A DNA stretch of 64,000 nt, from assembly GCA_046757165.1 (NCBI GenBank), contig JBHHXT010000002.1, positions 1 to 64,000 on the forward strand. Direction: 5' to 3'. The stretch is from a bacterium (GTDB lineage Bacteria; Zhuqueibacterota; Zhuqueibacteria; Oceanimicrobiales; Oceanimicrobiaceae). Under the pieces are notes generated by a model. The model was not told the origin of the DNA. It made no database searches and was given only the letters and a program-made list of their open reading frames with translations. Positions 8,266 to 17,649 of the stretch are shown in pieces. The position numbers were made by a program, and so were the translations under genes. Every line of letters begins with the position of its first letter. The first letter of the stretch is position 1.

Positions 8266-9792
8266 TTTCTGGCGCAGCGCGCGTTCAACACCCTCGGAAA
8301 TCATTTCATTCAGATTGTTAGCTACGACTTCAACAAATCCGGGCAGGTGCGCCAGATCCGAGCCCCACAGTGTCACGTTGCTGCAGATGGATTCCACAAA
8401 CGCGTGAATGGACTCCCGGCGCTGCGCGTCGACCTCCCGCCACTTGTGGTAGAAATACGCCGCCTGGCTGTCGTTGATCGGGTAGATTTCGTCACCGCGC
8501 TGACCAGAGAAGGAGTCGTTGTCTTCGGCAATGGCCCGCATGAACAGAAGATACGCGGCAAAACCAAAGCAGATCTGGAGCGGCGCCTCGCCGAATTTTT
8601 CATAGTATTTTTCAATCGTGGGCACGACCCTGAGCCGCAATTTCGAGGTCGACTCAAAGGTAATGTCCAAGAGTGCATGGCGCAAGTATGGATTCCGGAA
8701 CCGGTCCAGCACGGAATCGATATAGTCCGCGACTACCCTCTTTCCCATGTCCAGCGTGCGGCCGATCTCCTGCCTCATCACGCTTTCGACCCATTCCGAG
8801 GTCAGCGGATGGGTCATCATGTCGATGACATACCGGTTGCCCACCAGCCACGCCAGGGGGACAGAGACGGTGTGCGTCCCGTTCAAGAGCCGGAGCTTGC
8901 GTTCGCGGTAAGCGGTGATGTCCGGCGCGATCAAGATGGCGGGGTTGGCGTCGCAGAAGGACAACCGTTTGCGCACGGCGGCGTCCCCTTCAATCGCCCA
9001 CAAGCTGTAGATTTCGGCCGTGAGCAGAAGATCGTCCTGGTATCCAAGCTCCTCATACAGAGCACCGAGCTGTTCCGCAGCGGGCTTTCCGGGTACGATC
9101 CGGTCGACGAGCGTGTTGCAGAACCGGTTTGCAGATTCGAGCCAGGCGACAAACTCCTGTTCGAGCCGCCACTGGTCTGCCAGTCGCAGCACGATCTCTC
9201 TCAACGTTGCGCCGTTGTCGGTGATCAGCTCACATGGCAGGATGAGCAAACCTCTATCCTCTGCGCCAGAAAAGGTCTTGAACCGGTGATACAGCACCGC
9301 GGTCAACTTGCCTGGGAAGGAGCGCGGCGGCGTGAAGTGCAACCGGTCTTCAGGGTCGTGCCGAATCCCCACCTCTGTGGTGTTGGAAATGATGATCTCG
9401 ATTTCAGGTTGTTCAGCACATTCCAGCACCTGGCGCCAGCTCTCCTGCGCCACAATCGCCCGGCTGATCGCGGATGAAAGAATAACCTCCTGCACGGGCT
9501 TTCCTTGCTGTACCCCCTGAACACAAACCGTATACAGCCCATCCTGATCGTTCAAACCGGCCCACCGCCTGGAGCTCGTTGACTGCACAACGACAATGCG
9601 TCCGTTGAATCTGCCCCTTCGATTGGCTTGGTCGACGAAAACGTCGGCAAAAGCACGCAGAAACCCACCCGCGCCGAACTGTAAGATCTTCTCAGGCAGA
9701 TCGAATGTCTCAACTTTCGGCAGATCAATGTTCGCGGTCGCTGGCTGTGGCTGCGACAAGAACGCCTTGTTCAGCTTTGGATAATTCCTCAT
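8260..9792 (-). CDS. uxaB: tagaturonate reductase (altronate oxidoreductase)
   Basis: ILQFGAGGFLRAF, ISNTTEVG, SFPGKLT, LPCELI, TLVDRIVPG and KLRLLNGTHT. ATG 9792 is the likely start. Confidence 0.93.
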   Translation of the reverse strand: MRNYPKLNKAFLSQPQPATANIDLPKVETFDLPEKILQFGAGGFLRAFADVFVDQANRRGRFNGRIVVVQSTSSRRWAGLNDQDGLYTVCVQGVQQGKPVQEVILSSAISRAIVAQESWRQVLECAEQPEIEIIISNTTEVGIRHDPEDRLHFTPPRSFPGKLTAVLYHRFKTFSGAEDRGLLILPCELITDNGATLREIVLRLADQWRLEQEFVAWLESANRFCNTLVDRIVPGKPAAEQLGALYEELGYQDDLLLTAEIYSLWAIEGDAAVRKRLSFCDANPAILIAPDITAYRERKLRLLNGTHTVSVPLAWLVGNRYVIDMMTHPLTSEWVESVMRQEIGRTLDMGKRVVADYIDSVLDRFRNPYLRHALLDITFESTSKLRLRVVPTIEKYYEKFGEAPLQICFGFAAYLLFMRAIAEDNDSFSGQRGDEIYPINDSQAAYFYHKWREVDAQRRESIHAFVESICSNVTLWGSDLAHLPGFVEVVANNLNEMISEGVERALRQKR

Positions 9793-9854
9793 TTGGGATA
9801 ACTCTTGTTTTTCATCGCCTGAGAATCCGGTCGGAACGTCTCGCTGCAAAAAAA

Positions 9855-9903
9855 GTCATGTGGCGCTTCGCGCCGTCATTTGCCCTGCGGGCGTCATTTG
9901 GTC
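9855..9903. repeat. GTCAT(G/T)TG units alternating with mini-hairpins
   Basis: GTCATGTG-GCGCTTCGCGCC-GTCATTTG-CCCTGCGGGC-GTCATTTG-GTC. Confidence 0.55.
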
Positions 9904-10084
9904 CTTGAAATCAAAGGAAAAATAACAATCGGAGAGACTAATTCAAGGGAAATTCTTACTTTGGTGCGGAGTTATGTTTCCTGGCAAGATTTGGCCTGAA
10001 CAGATAAGGCGGGATGTTGGATCGGGCTTGAATTAATTGTCTCCCCCCAAAATGGGCGGACATTCAGGTGCGAGAAAAAAAACC

Positions 10085-10112
10085 TTGACATTGTCGTAAT
10101 TTTCCCTATATT
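10085..10112 (+). promoter_or_regulatory. sigma70-type promoter of the trp/aro supraoperon
   Basis: TTGACA 10085-10090, 16-nt spacer, TATATT 10107-10112. Confidence 0.75.
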
Positions 10113-10147
10113 TCACCGTTGATCGAAACACGGAGCAGAGATTCGAA

Positions 10148-10240
10148 ATGAACGTAAACGTTTCCACAAAATATTATGGGTTCTGGCACTGGCACTATTA
10201 TGCCAGTAGTGGGAAGGATACGTTCGCTTCGTCAAGATAG
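10148..10240 (+). CDS. aromatic amino acid operon leader peptide (TrpL-like, 30 aa)
   Basis: MNVNVSTKYYGFWHWHYYASSGKDTFASSR-stop; lies between the promoter and the attenuator hairpin. Confidence 0.85.
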   Translation: MNVNVSTKYYGFWHWHYYASSGKDTFASSR

Positions 10241-10275
10241 CAAACAAGAAATTCGAAACCGTCCAAACCCACTAC
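10188..10275 (+). promoter_or_regulatory. attenuator protector and antiterminator helices
   Basis: Protector ACTGGCA 10188-10194 / TGCCAGT 10201-10207. Antiterminator GTAGTGGG 10206-10213 / CCCACTAC 10268-10275. Confidence 0.8.
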
Positions 10276-10304
10276 ATGAAACTATGTAGTGGGTTTTTTA
10301 TTTT
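10265..10304 (+). terminator. attenuator intrinsic terminator
   Basis: AAACCCACTACAT 10265-10277 / ATGTAGTGGGTTT 10284-10296, followed by TTTATTTT immediately before trpE. Confidence 0.9.
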
Positions 10305-10313
10305 GTGCACCTT

Positions 10314-11780
10314 ATGAACCTGACCGAATTCAAAAACCTCGCCAAACAGGGCAACGTCATTCCGGTCTACGCCACTTACCTGGCGGATCTGCTGACGCCT
10401 GTTTCGGCGTTCATGCGTTTGCAGAAATATTCCAACCGCGCGTTCTTACTCGAGAGCGTCGAAGGCGGTGAGAAGACCGCGCGCTTTTCCTTCCTGGGCT
10501 GTGACCCGTTTCTCACGCTGTCGGTTGCAAGCGGACGCATCGAGTGTGAGGAAAACGGACAGAAGGTCGTGGTTGCGGGCACGATCTTCGACTATTTGAG
10601 AGAGTTGTTCAGCAAATACCGGGCGGTGCGGCCGGCAGGATTGCCGCGCTTTACCGGCGGCGCGGTCGGCTACTTCGGCTACGAAACCGTGCGTTATGTC
10701 GAGCACATCCCGGTGCCGGACAAAATCGAGCCGCACGTCCCGGAGGCCGTGGTCATGTTGTGTGACACAGTGCTCGCGTTCGACCACTTGCTGCACCAGA
10801 TCTACATTATCAAGAATGTGATTTTGGATGAGCGTTCCCGCTCTCTGGAGGAGGAATATCAGCACGCCATGGCCAGGATTGAATCGCTCGAGCGGGCGCT
10901 GGATGAGGAGATTGCCTGCAGTTGCAGCCCGGCTCTGAGCGAGCAGCCGGTCCTGTCTAACTTCAGCCGCGCGCGATTCTGCCGGGCGGTGGTGAAAGCG
11001 AAGGCGTACATCACCAAAGGGGACATCTTCCAGGTGGTGCTGTCGCAGAGGTTCAGGAAAGACGTGGCCGTGCCGCCGTTCGATATTTACCGTGCGTTGC
11101 GCGTGATCAATCCCTCTCCCTATCTCTATTTCCTGAAAATGGACGATCTGGCGATCATCGGGTCCTCACCGGAGCTGCTAGTGCGGGTGGAAAACCGGCA
11201 GGTAGAGGTGCGGCCGATCGCCGGAACACGCCGGCGCGGCCAGGACGAAGCGGAGGACAAAAGCTTGATGGATGAGCTGCGCCAGGACGAGAAGGAGATC
11301 GCCGAGCATGTCATGCTGGTGGACCTGGGACGCAACGATGTGGGCCGGGTGAGCCAGTACGGCTCCGTGGCGGTGACGGAATTCATGACCGTGGAAAAAT
11401 ACTCCCATGTGATGCACCTGGTCTCGGACGTACAGGGGAGACTGAAACCGGAGCTGGGGGCCATCGAGGCCTTGCAGGCCTGTTTTCCAGCCGGCACCGT
11501 CTCCGGCGCGCCGAAAATCCGCGCCATGGAAATCATCGCCGAGCTGGAGCCGGAGCAGCGCGGCGTCTACGCAGGGGCGCTTGGCTATCTCGATTTCTCC
11601 GGCAACCTGGACACGTGTATCGCCATCCGCACGATCGTCATGGCGGGGAAAACCGCCTATTTCCAGGCCGGCGCAGGCATCGTCGCAGACTCGGTACCCG
11701 AGCGCGAGTTCCAGGAGACCCTGGAGAAGGCGGCGGCTCTGCGAGCGGCCCTCGAGTTTGCCGAAAGGGGGCTGCGATGA
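10314..11780 (+). CDS. trpE: anthranilate synthase component I
   Basis: FLLESVEGGE, GDIFQVVLSQRF, NPSPY, PIAGTR, AEHVMLVDLGRND and PAGTVSGAPK. Start ATG 10314 (alternative GTG 10305). Confidence 0.96.
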   Translation: MNLTEFKNLAKQGNVIPVYATYLADLLTPVSAFMRLQKYSNRAFLLESVEGGEKTARFSFLGCDPFLTLSVASGRIECEENGQKVVVAGTIFDYLRELFSKYRAVRPAGLPRFTGGAVGYFGYETVRYVEHIPVPDKIEPHVPEAVVMLCDTVLAFDHLLHQIYIIKNVILDERSRSLEEEYQHAMARIESLERALDEEIACSCSPALSEQPVLSNFSRARFCRAVVKAKAYITKGDIFQVVLSQRFRKDVAVPPFDIYRALRVINPSPYLYFLKMDDLAIIGSSPELLVRVENRQVEVRPIAGTRRRGQDEAEDKSLMDELRQDEKEIAEHVMLVDLGRNDVGRVSQYGSVAVTEFMTVEKYSHVMHLVSDVQGRLKPELGAIEALQACFPAGTVSGAPKIRAMEIIAELEPEQRGVYAGALGYLDFSGNLDTCIAIRTIVMAGKTAYFQAGAGIVADSVPEREFQETLEKAAALRAALEFAERGLR

Positions 11781-12352
11781 TGCTGGTGCTCGACAACTAC
11801 GACTCGTTTACCTTCAACCTGGTGCAGTATCTGGGCGAGCTGGGGGCCGAGGTGCAAACATTTCGCAACGACGAGATCGACCTCGAGCAGGTCAAGCGGT
11901 TGAATCCGGCAGGGGTGGTCATCTCCCCCGGGCCGGGCCGGCCGGAAAACGCTGGCATTTCAGTGCCGCTGATACGTGAGCTGGGGTCCGAAACGCCGAT
12001 CCTCGGCGTCTGTCTCGGACATCAGGCACTTGGACAGGCGTTTGGCGGCAGAATCATCTCAGCGCCAAAGCTCATGCACGGCAAGACGTCACAGGTTTAT
12101 CACCGCAATGGCGAGCTGTTTTCCGGCGTGTCCAATCCCTTTGTCGCAACCCGCTATCACTCGTTGATTGTCGAGCGCCAAACCCTGCCAATTGAGCTGC
12201 AGATCATTGCTGAAGCGGAAGATGAGATCATAATGGGTCTGCAGCACAAGCGGTTGCCCCTGTTTGGCGTGCAGTTTCACCCGGAATCCATCTTGACTTC
12301 CGAGGGGAAGGCAATTTTGAACAATTTCCTGGAAATCTGCGGAGAAAAATGA
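11777..12352 (+). CDS. trpG: anthranilate synthase component II (glutamine amidotransferase)
   Basis: DNYDSFTFNL, SPGPG, GVCLGHQ and QFHPES. ATGA overlap with trpE. Confidence 0.96.
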   Translation: MMLVLDNYDSFTFNLVQYLGELGAEVQTFRNDEIDLEQVKRLNPAGVVISPGPGRPENAGISVPLIRELGSETPILGVCLGHQALGQAFGGRIISAPKLMHGKTSQVYHRNGELFSGVSNPFVATRYHSLIVERQTLPIELQIIAEAEDEIIMGLQHKRLPLFGVQFHPESILTSEGKAILNNFLEICGEK

Positions 12353-12362
12353 GGACAGAGCC

Positions 12363-13379
12363 ATGATGCAGGAAATCATTCGAACGGTTATCGCCGGAGA
12401 ACATCTGACGCGCGAACAAGCCTATCGGGTCATGAACACCATCATGACGGGAGAAGCGACTCCGGCACAAATTGCTGCGTTCCTGGTCGCGGAAAAGCTG
12501 AAAGGGGAGACCTACCAGGAGGTGGCGGGTTTTGCCACGGCCATGCGCGAGAAAGCGACGCCCGTTTCCATCAGCCGGCGCAACGCGGTGGACATCGTCG
12601 GTACCGGCGGCGACGGCGCAAATACGTTCAACATTTCGACGGTCGCGGCCTTTGTCATGGCGGCCGCCGGCGTTCCCGTTGCCAAACACGGCAATCGCTC
12701 CGTCTCGAGCAAATGCGGCAGTGCCGACGTGCTGGAGCTGCTGGGCGTCAGAATAGACCTGAGCGCCAGTCAGATTGGCCGGTGTGTCGATGAAGTGGGA
12801 ATCGGGTTCTTGTTTGCGCCAGGTTTGCACAAGGCGATGAAGCACGCAATGGCGCCCAGGAAAGAGGTCGGCGTGCGCACGGTCTTCAATATTCTCGGCC
12901 CGGTCACCAATCCTGCTGGTGTCCGGCGGCAGGTGGTCGGGGTCTTCGACCGGGTGACAGCAAGACTGGTGGCTGAGGTCTTTCGTGAGCTCGGTGCGGA
13001 CCATATTTTCGTGGTTCACAGCGAGGATGGCCTCGATGAGGTCTCGGTGCACGCGCCGACTCTGGTTTTTGAAGTCAAGAAAAATCAGATTCAGGAAAAA
13101 CAGGTTGTTCCGGAGGACTTCGGCCTGAAAACGGCGACGGCCGCAGAAGCCCTGGGAGGTCACCCGGAGAAAAATACGCAAGTGGCGCGTGAGGTGTTGA
13201 GCGGGCAGGGAGGCGTCGCCCGTGATTTTGTCGTGGCCAATGCGGCTTGTGGCCTGGTTGTCGGAGCCGTGGTGCAGGATTTTCAGCAGGGTGCCAGAAT
13301 GGCCGCGGAAGCCATCGACTCCGGTGCGGCAATGGCAAAGCTGCAGGCGTTGAAAGAGCTGACGCACAGTTTTGTGTAA
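12363..13379 (+). CDS. trpD: anthranilate phosphoribosyltransferase
   Basis: DIVGTGGDG, FNIST, KHGNRSVSSKCGSADVL and DGLDE. Confidence 0.97.
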   Translation: MMQEIIRTVIAGEHLTREQAYRVMNTIMTGEATPAQIAAFLVAEKLKGETYQEVAGFATAMREKATPVSISRRNAVDIVGTGGDGANTFNISTVAAFVMAAAGVPVAKHGNRSVSSKCGSADVLELLGVRIDLSASQIGRCVDEVGIGFLFAPGLHKAMKHAMAPRKEVGVRTVFNILGPVTNPAGVRRQVVGVFDRVTARLVAEVFRELGADHIFVVHSEDGLDEVSVHAPTLVFEVKKNQIQEKQVVPEDFGLKTATAAEALGGHPEKNTQVAREVLSGQGGVARDFVVANAACGLVVGAVVQDFQQGARMAAEAIDSGAAMAKLQALKELTHSFV

Positions 13380-13466
13380 TGCGGTGAACATTCTTGGGAC
13401 GCCGAACCGGGGCGGACCGGTGTTCAAGCTTCAGCTTGCGGGGCGGTTGGGACACCGCAGTCTAAA

Positions 13467-13495
13467 CCTTGCGAAGGTTCGAAACCTTCGCAAGG
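13467..13495. repeat. REP-like perfect palindrome
   Basis: CCTTGCGAAGGTT-CGA-AACCTTCGCAAGG (13-bp stem). Confidence 0.75.
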
Positions 13496-13612
13496 GTGCT
13501 CGGTCACTTCCAGGAAAAGCTCTGCTTTTCTGGCACACAAAACCACGCCTGGCGTGGACATCGCTATAGCGTGAACACTCTCATTCTAAACACAGCTACA
13601 TGACTGAACTAA

Positions 13613-13760
13613 GTACTGGTTTTCATAAATTCGACGACATATCGCCTCACGCAAAGCCGCAAGGTCCGCAGATAGATGAAGGTCAAAAACAAACAAACTC
13701 TGGGCGCCCGGCGTCTTTGCGTGAGATTAAATACGTAATAGTGTTTACGAATTCCTGTAC
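13613..13760. mobile_element. MITE-like element with TAA target duplication and a nested CGCAAAG inverted repeat
   Basis: Ends GTACTGGTTTTCATAAA / TTTACGAATTCCTGTAC, with TAA on both sides. Internal CTCACGCAAAG 13646-13656 / CTTTGCGTGAG 13715-13725. Confidence 0.55.
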
Positions 13761-13850
13761 TAAGGTTTGTGGAAACTCCAAGAAGAATCAGCGTTCAACT
13801 GCGCAAATCGGCGTGCGATTTTTGTTTTGCAACAGCCTGAGATTGAAATC

Positions 13851-14645
13851 GTGAGCATCTTAGACGAGATCATTCTGAACAAAAGGCGAGAGGTGGCTGC
13901 GCAGCAAAGACGGGTGCCTATTTCGCGCCTGTTTGAGCGTGCGGGTGAGTGGTCAAAGCCGGTCCCTTTTGGCGCAGCTTTGAAGCGGTGCGAAAGCGTG
14001 GCGATCATCGCAGAGATCAAAAGAGCCTCTCCGTCTGCGGGCAGGATTCGGGAGGCGTTTGAGCCGGTAGAAATCGCAGAGAGTTATAAGGCCAACGGCG
14101 CCACCGCACTCTCCGTCCTGACAGATGAGAAGTACTTCGAAGGCAAGCTCGAATATCTGCGCAGCGTGCGCCAAAAGGTGTCCCTGCCGGTGTTGCGCAA
14201 GGATTTCATGGTCGACCCCTACCAGGTGGTGCAAGCGCACGCATACGGCGCCGACGCCATCTTGCTGATCATGAGCGTTGTGGCGCGCAGTCAATTTGCC
14301 GAGCTTATGGCCGCAGCCGAAGAATGCACGCTCGACTGCCTGGTGGAGGTGCACAATTTCAAGGAGCTGGAGCGGGCGCTGAGCGACGAGGCCAGCCTGA
14401 TCGGCATCAACAACCGCGATTTGTCGAACTTCACCGTGGATTTACGCACCACCGAAAAGCTCATCGAAATCATTCCACCACACGCCGTGGTGGTTTCGGA
14501 GAGCGGCATCAAAACCCCTGCTGAAGTCGAGCGCCTGAGCCGGGCAGGCATCGACGCCGTCCTCATCGGCGAAACGCTGATGCGGCAGGAAGACGTCGGT
14601 GAGGCCTTGCGGGAATTCACAGGAGTCCCGAAATGCTCAAGGTGA
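13851..14645 (+). CDS. trpC: indole-3-glycerol phosphate synthase
   Basis: IIAEIKRASPSAG, LSVLTDEKYF, LRKDF, GINNRDL and VSESGI. GTG 13851 is the likely start. Confidence 0.96.
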   Translation: MSILDEIILNKRREVAAQQRRVPISRLFERAGEWSKPVPFGAALKRCESVAIIAEIKRASPSAGRIREAFEPVEIAESYKANGATALSVLTDEKYFEGKLEYLRSVRQKVSLPVLRKDFMVDPYQVVQAHAYGADAILLIMSVVARSQFAELMAAAEECTLDCLVEVHNFKELERALSDEASLIGINNRDLSNFTVDLRTTEKLIEIIPPHAVVVSESGIKTPAEVERLSRAGIDAVLIGETLMRQEDVGEALREFTGVPKCSR

Positions 14646-15445
14646 AGGTGTGCGGCATCACCCGTCCAGATGATGCCCGCCTGGCCTGCGACCTGGGCGC
14701 GGATGCGATTGGATTTATTTTCTACCCAAAGAGTCCACGCTACATTTCGGTGGCCGGGGCGGCGGGCATCGTCGCACATCTGCCCGCAGAGGTCACGAAA
14801 GTCGGCGTGTTTGTCAACGAGACCGTAGAGACGATCAGAAAAACATGCGCCGCACTTGCACTCGACCTGGCGCAACTGCACGGCGATGAAACGACAGAAT
14901 ACTGTGTCAAACTAGGGCTTCCTTATATCAAAGTCTTTCGTGTTGATCATGAGTTTGATGTCGAGGTTTTGCGCAGATGGAGAGAAGAGACCACCCCAAG
15001 TCCGAGCATGGGTTGCCACTCACGGACCAAGAAAGCAGGGAAACCCGCGGGCGTCTCTGCTGGCGGCCAGCAGCAAGGTCACCTTGTTGTCGCACCCGGG
15101 CGCGTGCCCGTGGACCAATCCGATGCAGGATATCAGGAACCGGGGCTTTTGCCGGGACGTTCAGACCTTCTGTACAAGGGATTCTTACTGGACACGTTTC
15201 AGAAGGGGCAGTATGGCGGGACGGGCAAGACATTCAACTGGGAGCTCGCGCGACGGGCGAAAGGATATGGACCTATCATCCTCTCTGGTGGTCTATCGCC
15301 GGAGAATGTGGGCGAAGCCGTGCGGTCAGTGGCGCCGGATGCCGTGGATGTCTGTAGCAGTGTCGAGGCATCGCCCGGCAGAAAGGACGATATGAAGTTG
15401 AGAGCATTCTTTAACGAAATTGTGAGAATCAGGCAGACCGTATGA
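14633..15445 (+). CDS. trpF: phosphoribosylanthranilate isomerase with a ~60-aa internal insertion
   Basis: [32 protein letters not shown] and VDVCSSVE. Confidence 0.93.
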   Translation: MLKVKVCGITRPDDARLACDLGADAIGFIFYPKSPRYISVAGAAGIVAHLPAEVTKVGVFVNETVETIRKTCAALALDLAQLHGDETTEYCVKLGLPYIKVFRVDHEFDVEVLRRWREETTPSPSMGCHSRTKKAGKPAGVSAGGQQQGHLVVAPGRVPVDQSDAGYQEPGLLPGRSDLLYKGFLLDTFQKGQYGGTGKTFNWELARRAKGYGPIILSGGLSPENVGEAVRSVAPDAVDVCSSVEASPGRKDDMKLRAFFNEIVRIRQTV

Positions 15446-16650
15446 AAAAGAACGACGACTACGCACATCTGCCAGACCCAAATGGCTACTACGGCGAGTA
15501 TGGCGGAAAATTCGTGCCCGAGGTGCTTGTGCCCGCGATCAACGAGCTTGAAGCAGCGTACGCGAAAGCACGTCAGGACGTGGATTTTCAGGCGGAGCTG
15601 GAGAGCATACTGTGCGAATACTCCGGACGGCCGACGCCGCTCACCTTCGCCACGCGCCTGAGTGAGCATCTGGGCGGTGCGCGAATCTTTCTGAAGCGGG
15701 AGGATTTGAACCATACAGGCGCACACAAGATCAACAACGCGGTCGGGCAGATTCTGCTGGCCCGGCGGATGGGCAAAGCGCGCATCATCGCGGAAACCGG
15801 GGCCGGGCAGCATGGTGTGGCCACCGCAACAGTGGCAGCCAGGTTTGGCATGAAGTGCGTCGTCTACATGGGGGAGGAGGACATGCGCCGGCAGGCCCTC
15901 AACGTGTTTCGTATGCGCTTGTTGGGCGCAGATGTCGTGACGGTGACATCCGGCAGCCGCACGTTGAAAGATGCCATCAATGAGGCGATTCGCGACTGGG
16001 TAAGCAATGTGCAGGACACGTTTTATCTCATCGGCTCGGTGGTTGGGCCGCACCCTTACCCGATGATTGTACGCGATTTCCAGGCCGTGATCGGGCGGGA
16101 GACCCGGCGCCAATTTCTCCAACGGAAAGGCAAACTGCCCAACTGGGTCGTCGCCTGTGTTGGTGGTGGCAGCAACGCGATCGGCATGTTCCATTCGTTT
16201 CTTGGGGACGAAAATGTGAAGTTGGTCGGGGTCGAAGCCGGTGGACGGGGTTTGGCAAGCGGCAAGCATGCTGCCTCTCTCACCGCCGGTACACAAGGCG
16301 TGCTGCACGGCGCCTTCAGTTATTTGTTGCAGAACGAAGCGGGACAGGTGCAGGAAGCGCATTCCGTGTCTGCGGGTCTGGATTATCCAGGAGTCGGGCC
16401 GGAGCACAGCTTCTTGAAAGATCGCGGTCGTGTCGAGTACCTGGAGGTGACCGACGACGAGGCTCTGGAAGCGTTTGCGCTGCTTTCGCGCACCGAAGGC
16501 ATCATCCCGGCGCTGGAGAGCTCGCACGCCATTGCGCAGGTGATGAAGCTGGCGCCAGGACTCCCTTCGGACCAGACCATGGTGATTTGCCTGTCAGGCC
16601 GGGGAGATAAGGATGTTGAGGGGGTGCAAGACGTGAAATGTGAGACGTGA
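15442..16650 (+). CDS. trpB: tryptophan synthase beta chain
   Basis: [30 protein letters not shown] and [13 protein letters not shown]. Confidence 0.98.
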   Translation: MKKNDDYAHLPDPNGYYGEYGGKFVPEVLVPAINELEAAYAKARQDVDFQAELESILCEYSGRPTPLTFATRLSEHLGGARIFLKREDLNHTGAHKINNAVGQILLARRMGKARIIAETGAGQHGVATATVAARFGMKCVVYMGEEDMRRQALNVFRMRLLGADVVTVTSGSRTLKDAINEAIRDWVSNVQDTFYLIGSVVGPHPYPMIVRDFQAVIGRETRRQFLQRKGKLPNWVVACVGGGSNAIGMFHSFLGDENVKLVGVEAGGRGLASGKHAASLTAGTQGVLHGAFSYLLQNEAGQVQEAHSVSAGLDYPGVGPEHSFLKDRGRVEYLEVTDDEALEAFALLSRTEGIIPALESSHAIAQVMKLAPGLPSDQTMVICLSGRGDKDVEGVQDVKCET

Positions 16651-16670
16651 CCGGGGGTTGCAAAGGAATC

Positions 16671-16806
16671 GAAAAGCAAAAAAGTGAAATAGTAAAATGA
16701 CAAACCGAAAATCAAAAATTGCGTTCAGGGTGCCTACCTGCATCTGTTTTGAATTTTCATTTGTCATTTTCCATTATTTTCCATTTTTATTTTTGATTTT
16801 TTCATT
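16671..16806. repeat. A-rich / T-rich inverted periodic repeat element between trpB and trpA
   Basis: AAAATGACAAA 16694-16704 / TTTGTCATTTT 16760-16770, and AAAATCAAAAAT 16708-16719 / ATTTTTGATTTT 16789-16800. Confidence 0.7.
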
Positions 16807-16845
16807 GACGAGAGTTGCGAGCAATCCCGATATGGAGCTGAAGTC

Positions 16846-17649
16846 GTGAACAGACTTCTTGAATTATTCGAGCGGAACCGGCGTGAAGGGAAGAAACTAC
16901 TGTCGATATTCGTGACCGCCGGATACCCGGTTTTGCAGGGCACGCCGGACCTGGTGTGCACGCTGGAGCAGGCCGGGGCCGATTTCGTCGAGCTTGGCCT
17001 GCCGTTTTCAGACCCCATCGCAGACGGCCCGACCATTCAGGAGTCCTCGACCCGCGCGCTCGAGAATGGCATGACGCTCTCTCTTGCTTTGCGCCAGGTA
17101 AGGGAAATACGGGAGCGCAGCAACATGCCGATCTTGATGATGGGTTACTTCAATCCCCTGTTCAGATATGGGCTCGATCGGCTGGTGACAGACGCGGAGG
17201 CGGCGGGAGTGGACGGCTTTATCATTCCCGACCTGCTGCCTGAAGATTATTCCCGCTTCGAGCATGCCTTCAGCGGCCGCAACATCGGTGTCAACTTTCT
17301 GGTTTCGCCGAACACCGCGCACGCACGCATTCAAACGGTGGACAGATTGACCGACGCTTTCATTTACTGTGTTTCCGTCACCGGGGTCACCGGGACGCGC
17401 CGTGGCGTACCGGCGGGGCTGATCGAATTTCTGGCAGGGATGAAAGAGTCTGTAGTGCACCCGGTCCTGGTCGGGTTTGGCATTTCAAACGGCGAGGACG
17501 CGGCTACTCTCGCACGCCATTGCGATGGCGTCATCGTCGGAAGTGCCGTCATCAAAATACTTTCACAGCCTGGCGAAATGGCAAAAAAATACGAATTGGT
17601 GAGCCAGTTTGTAGGTCAGTTAAAGGAGTCGTTGAAAGGAGTTGAATGA
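16846..17649 (+). CDS. trpA: tryptophan synthase alpha chain
   Basis: ELGLPFSDPIADGPTIQ, YCVSVTGVTG, VGFGIS and DGVIVGSA. Confidence 0.97.
   Translation: MNRLLELFERNRREGKKLLSIFVTAGYPVLQGTPDLVCTLEQAGADFVELGLPFSDPIADGPTIQESSTRALENGMTLSLALRQVREIRERSNMPILMMGYFNPLFRYGLDRLVTDAEAAGVDGFIIPDLLPEDYSRFEHAFSGRNIGVNFLVSPNTAHARIQTVDRLTDAFIYCVSVTGVTGTRRGVPAGLIEFLAGMKESVVHPVLVGFGISNGEDAATLARHCDGVIVGSAVIKILSQPGEMAKKYELVSQFVGQLKESLKGVE

Noticed and set aside
14975..15170. Intein as the explanation of the TrpF insert
   Set aside because: Too short, and it lacks the C/S start and HN-C/S/T end.
1524..16806. CRISPR array among the short repeats
   Set aside because: Units are 7-10 nt and inverted, with no 23-47-nt direct repeats, no unique spacers and no cas genes.
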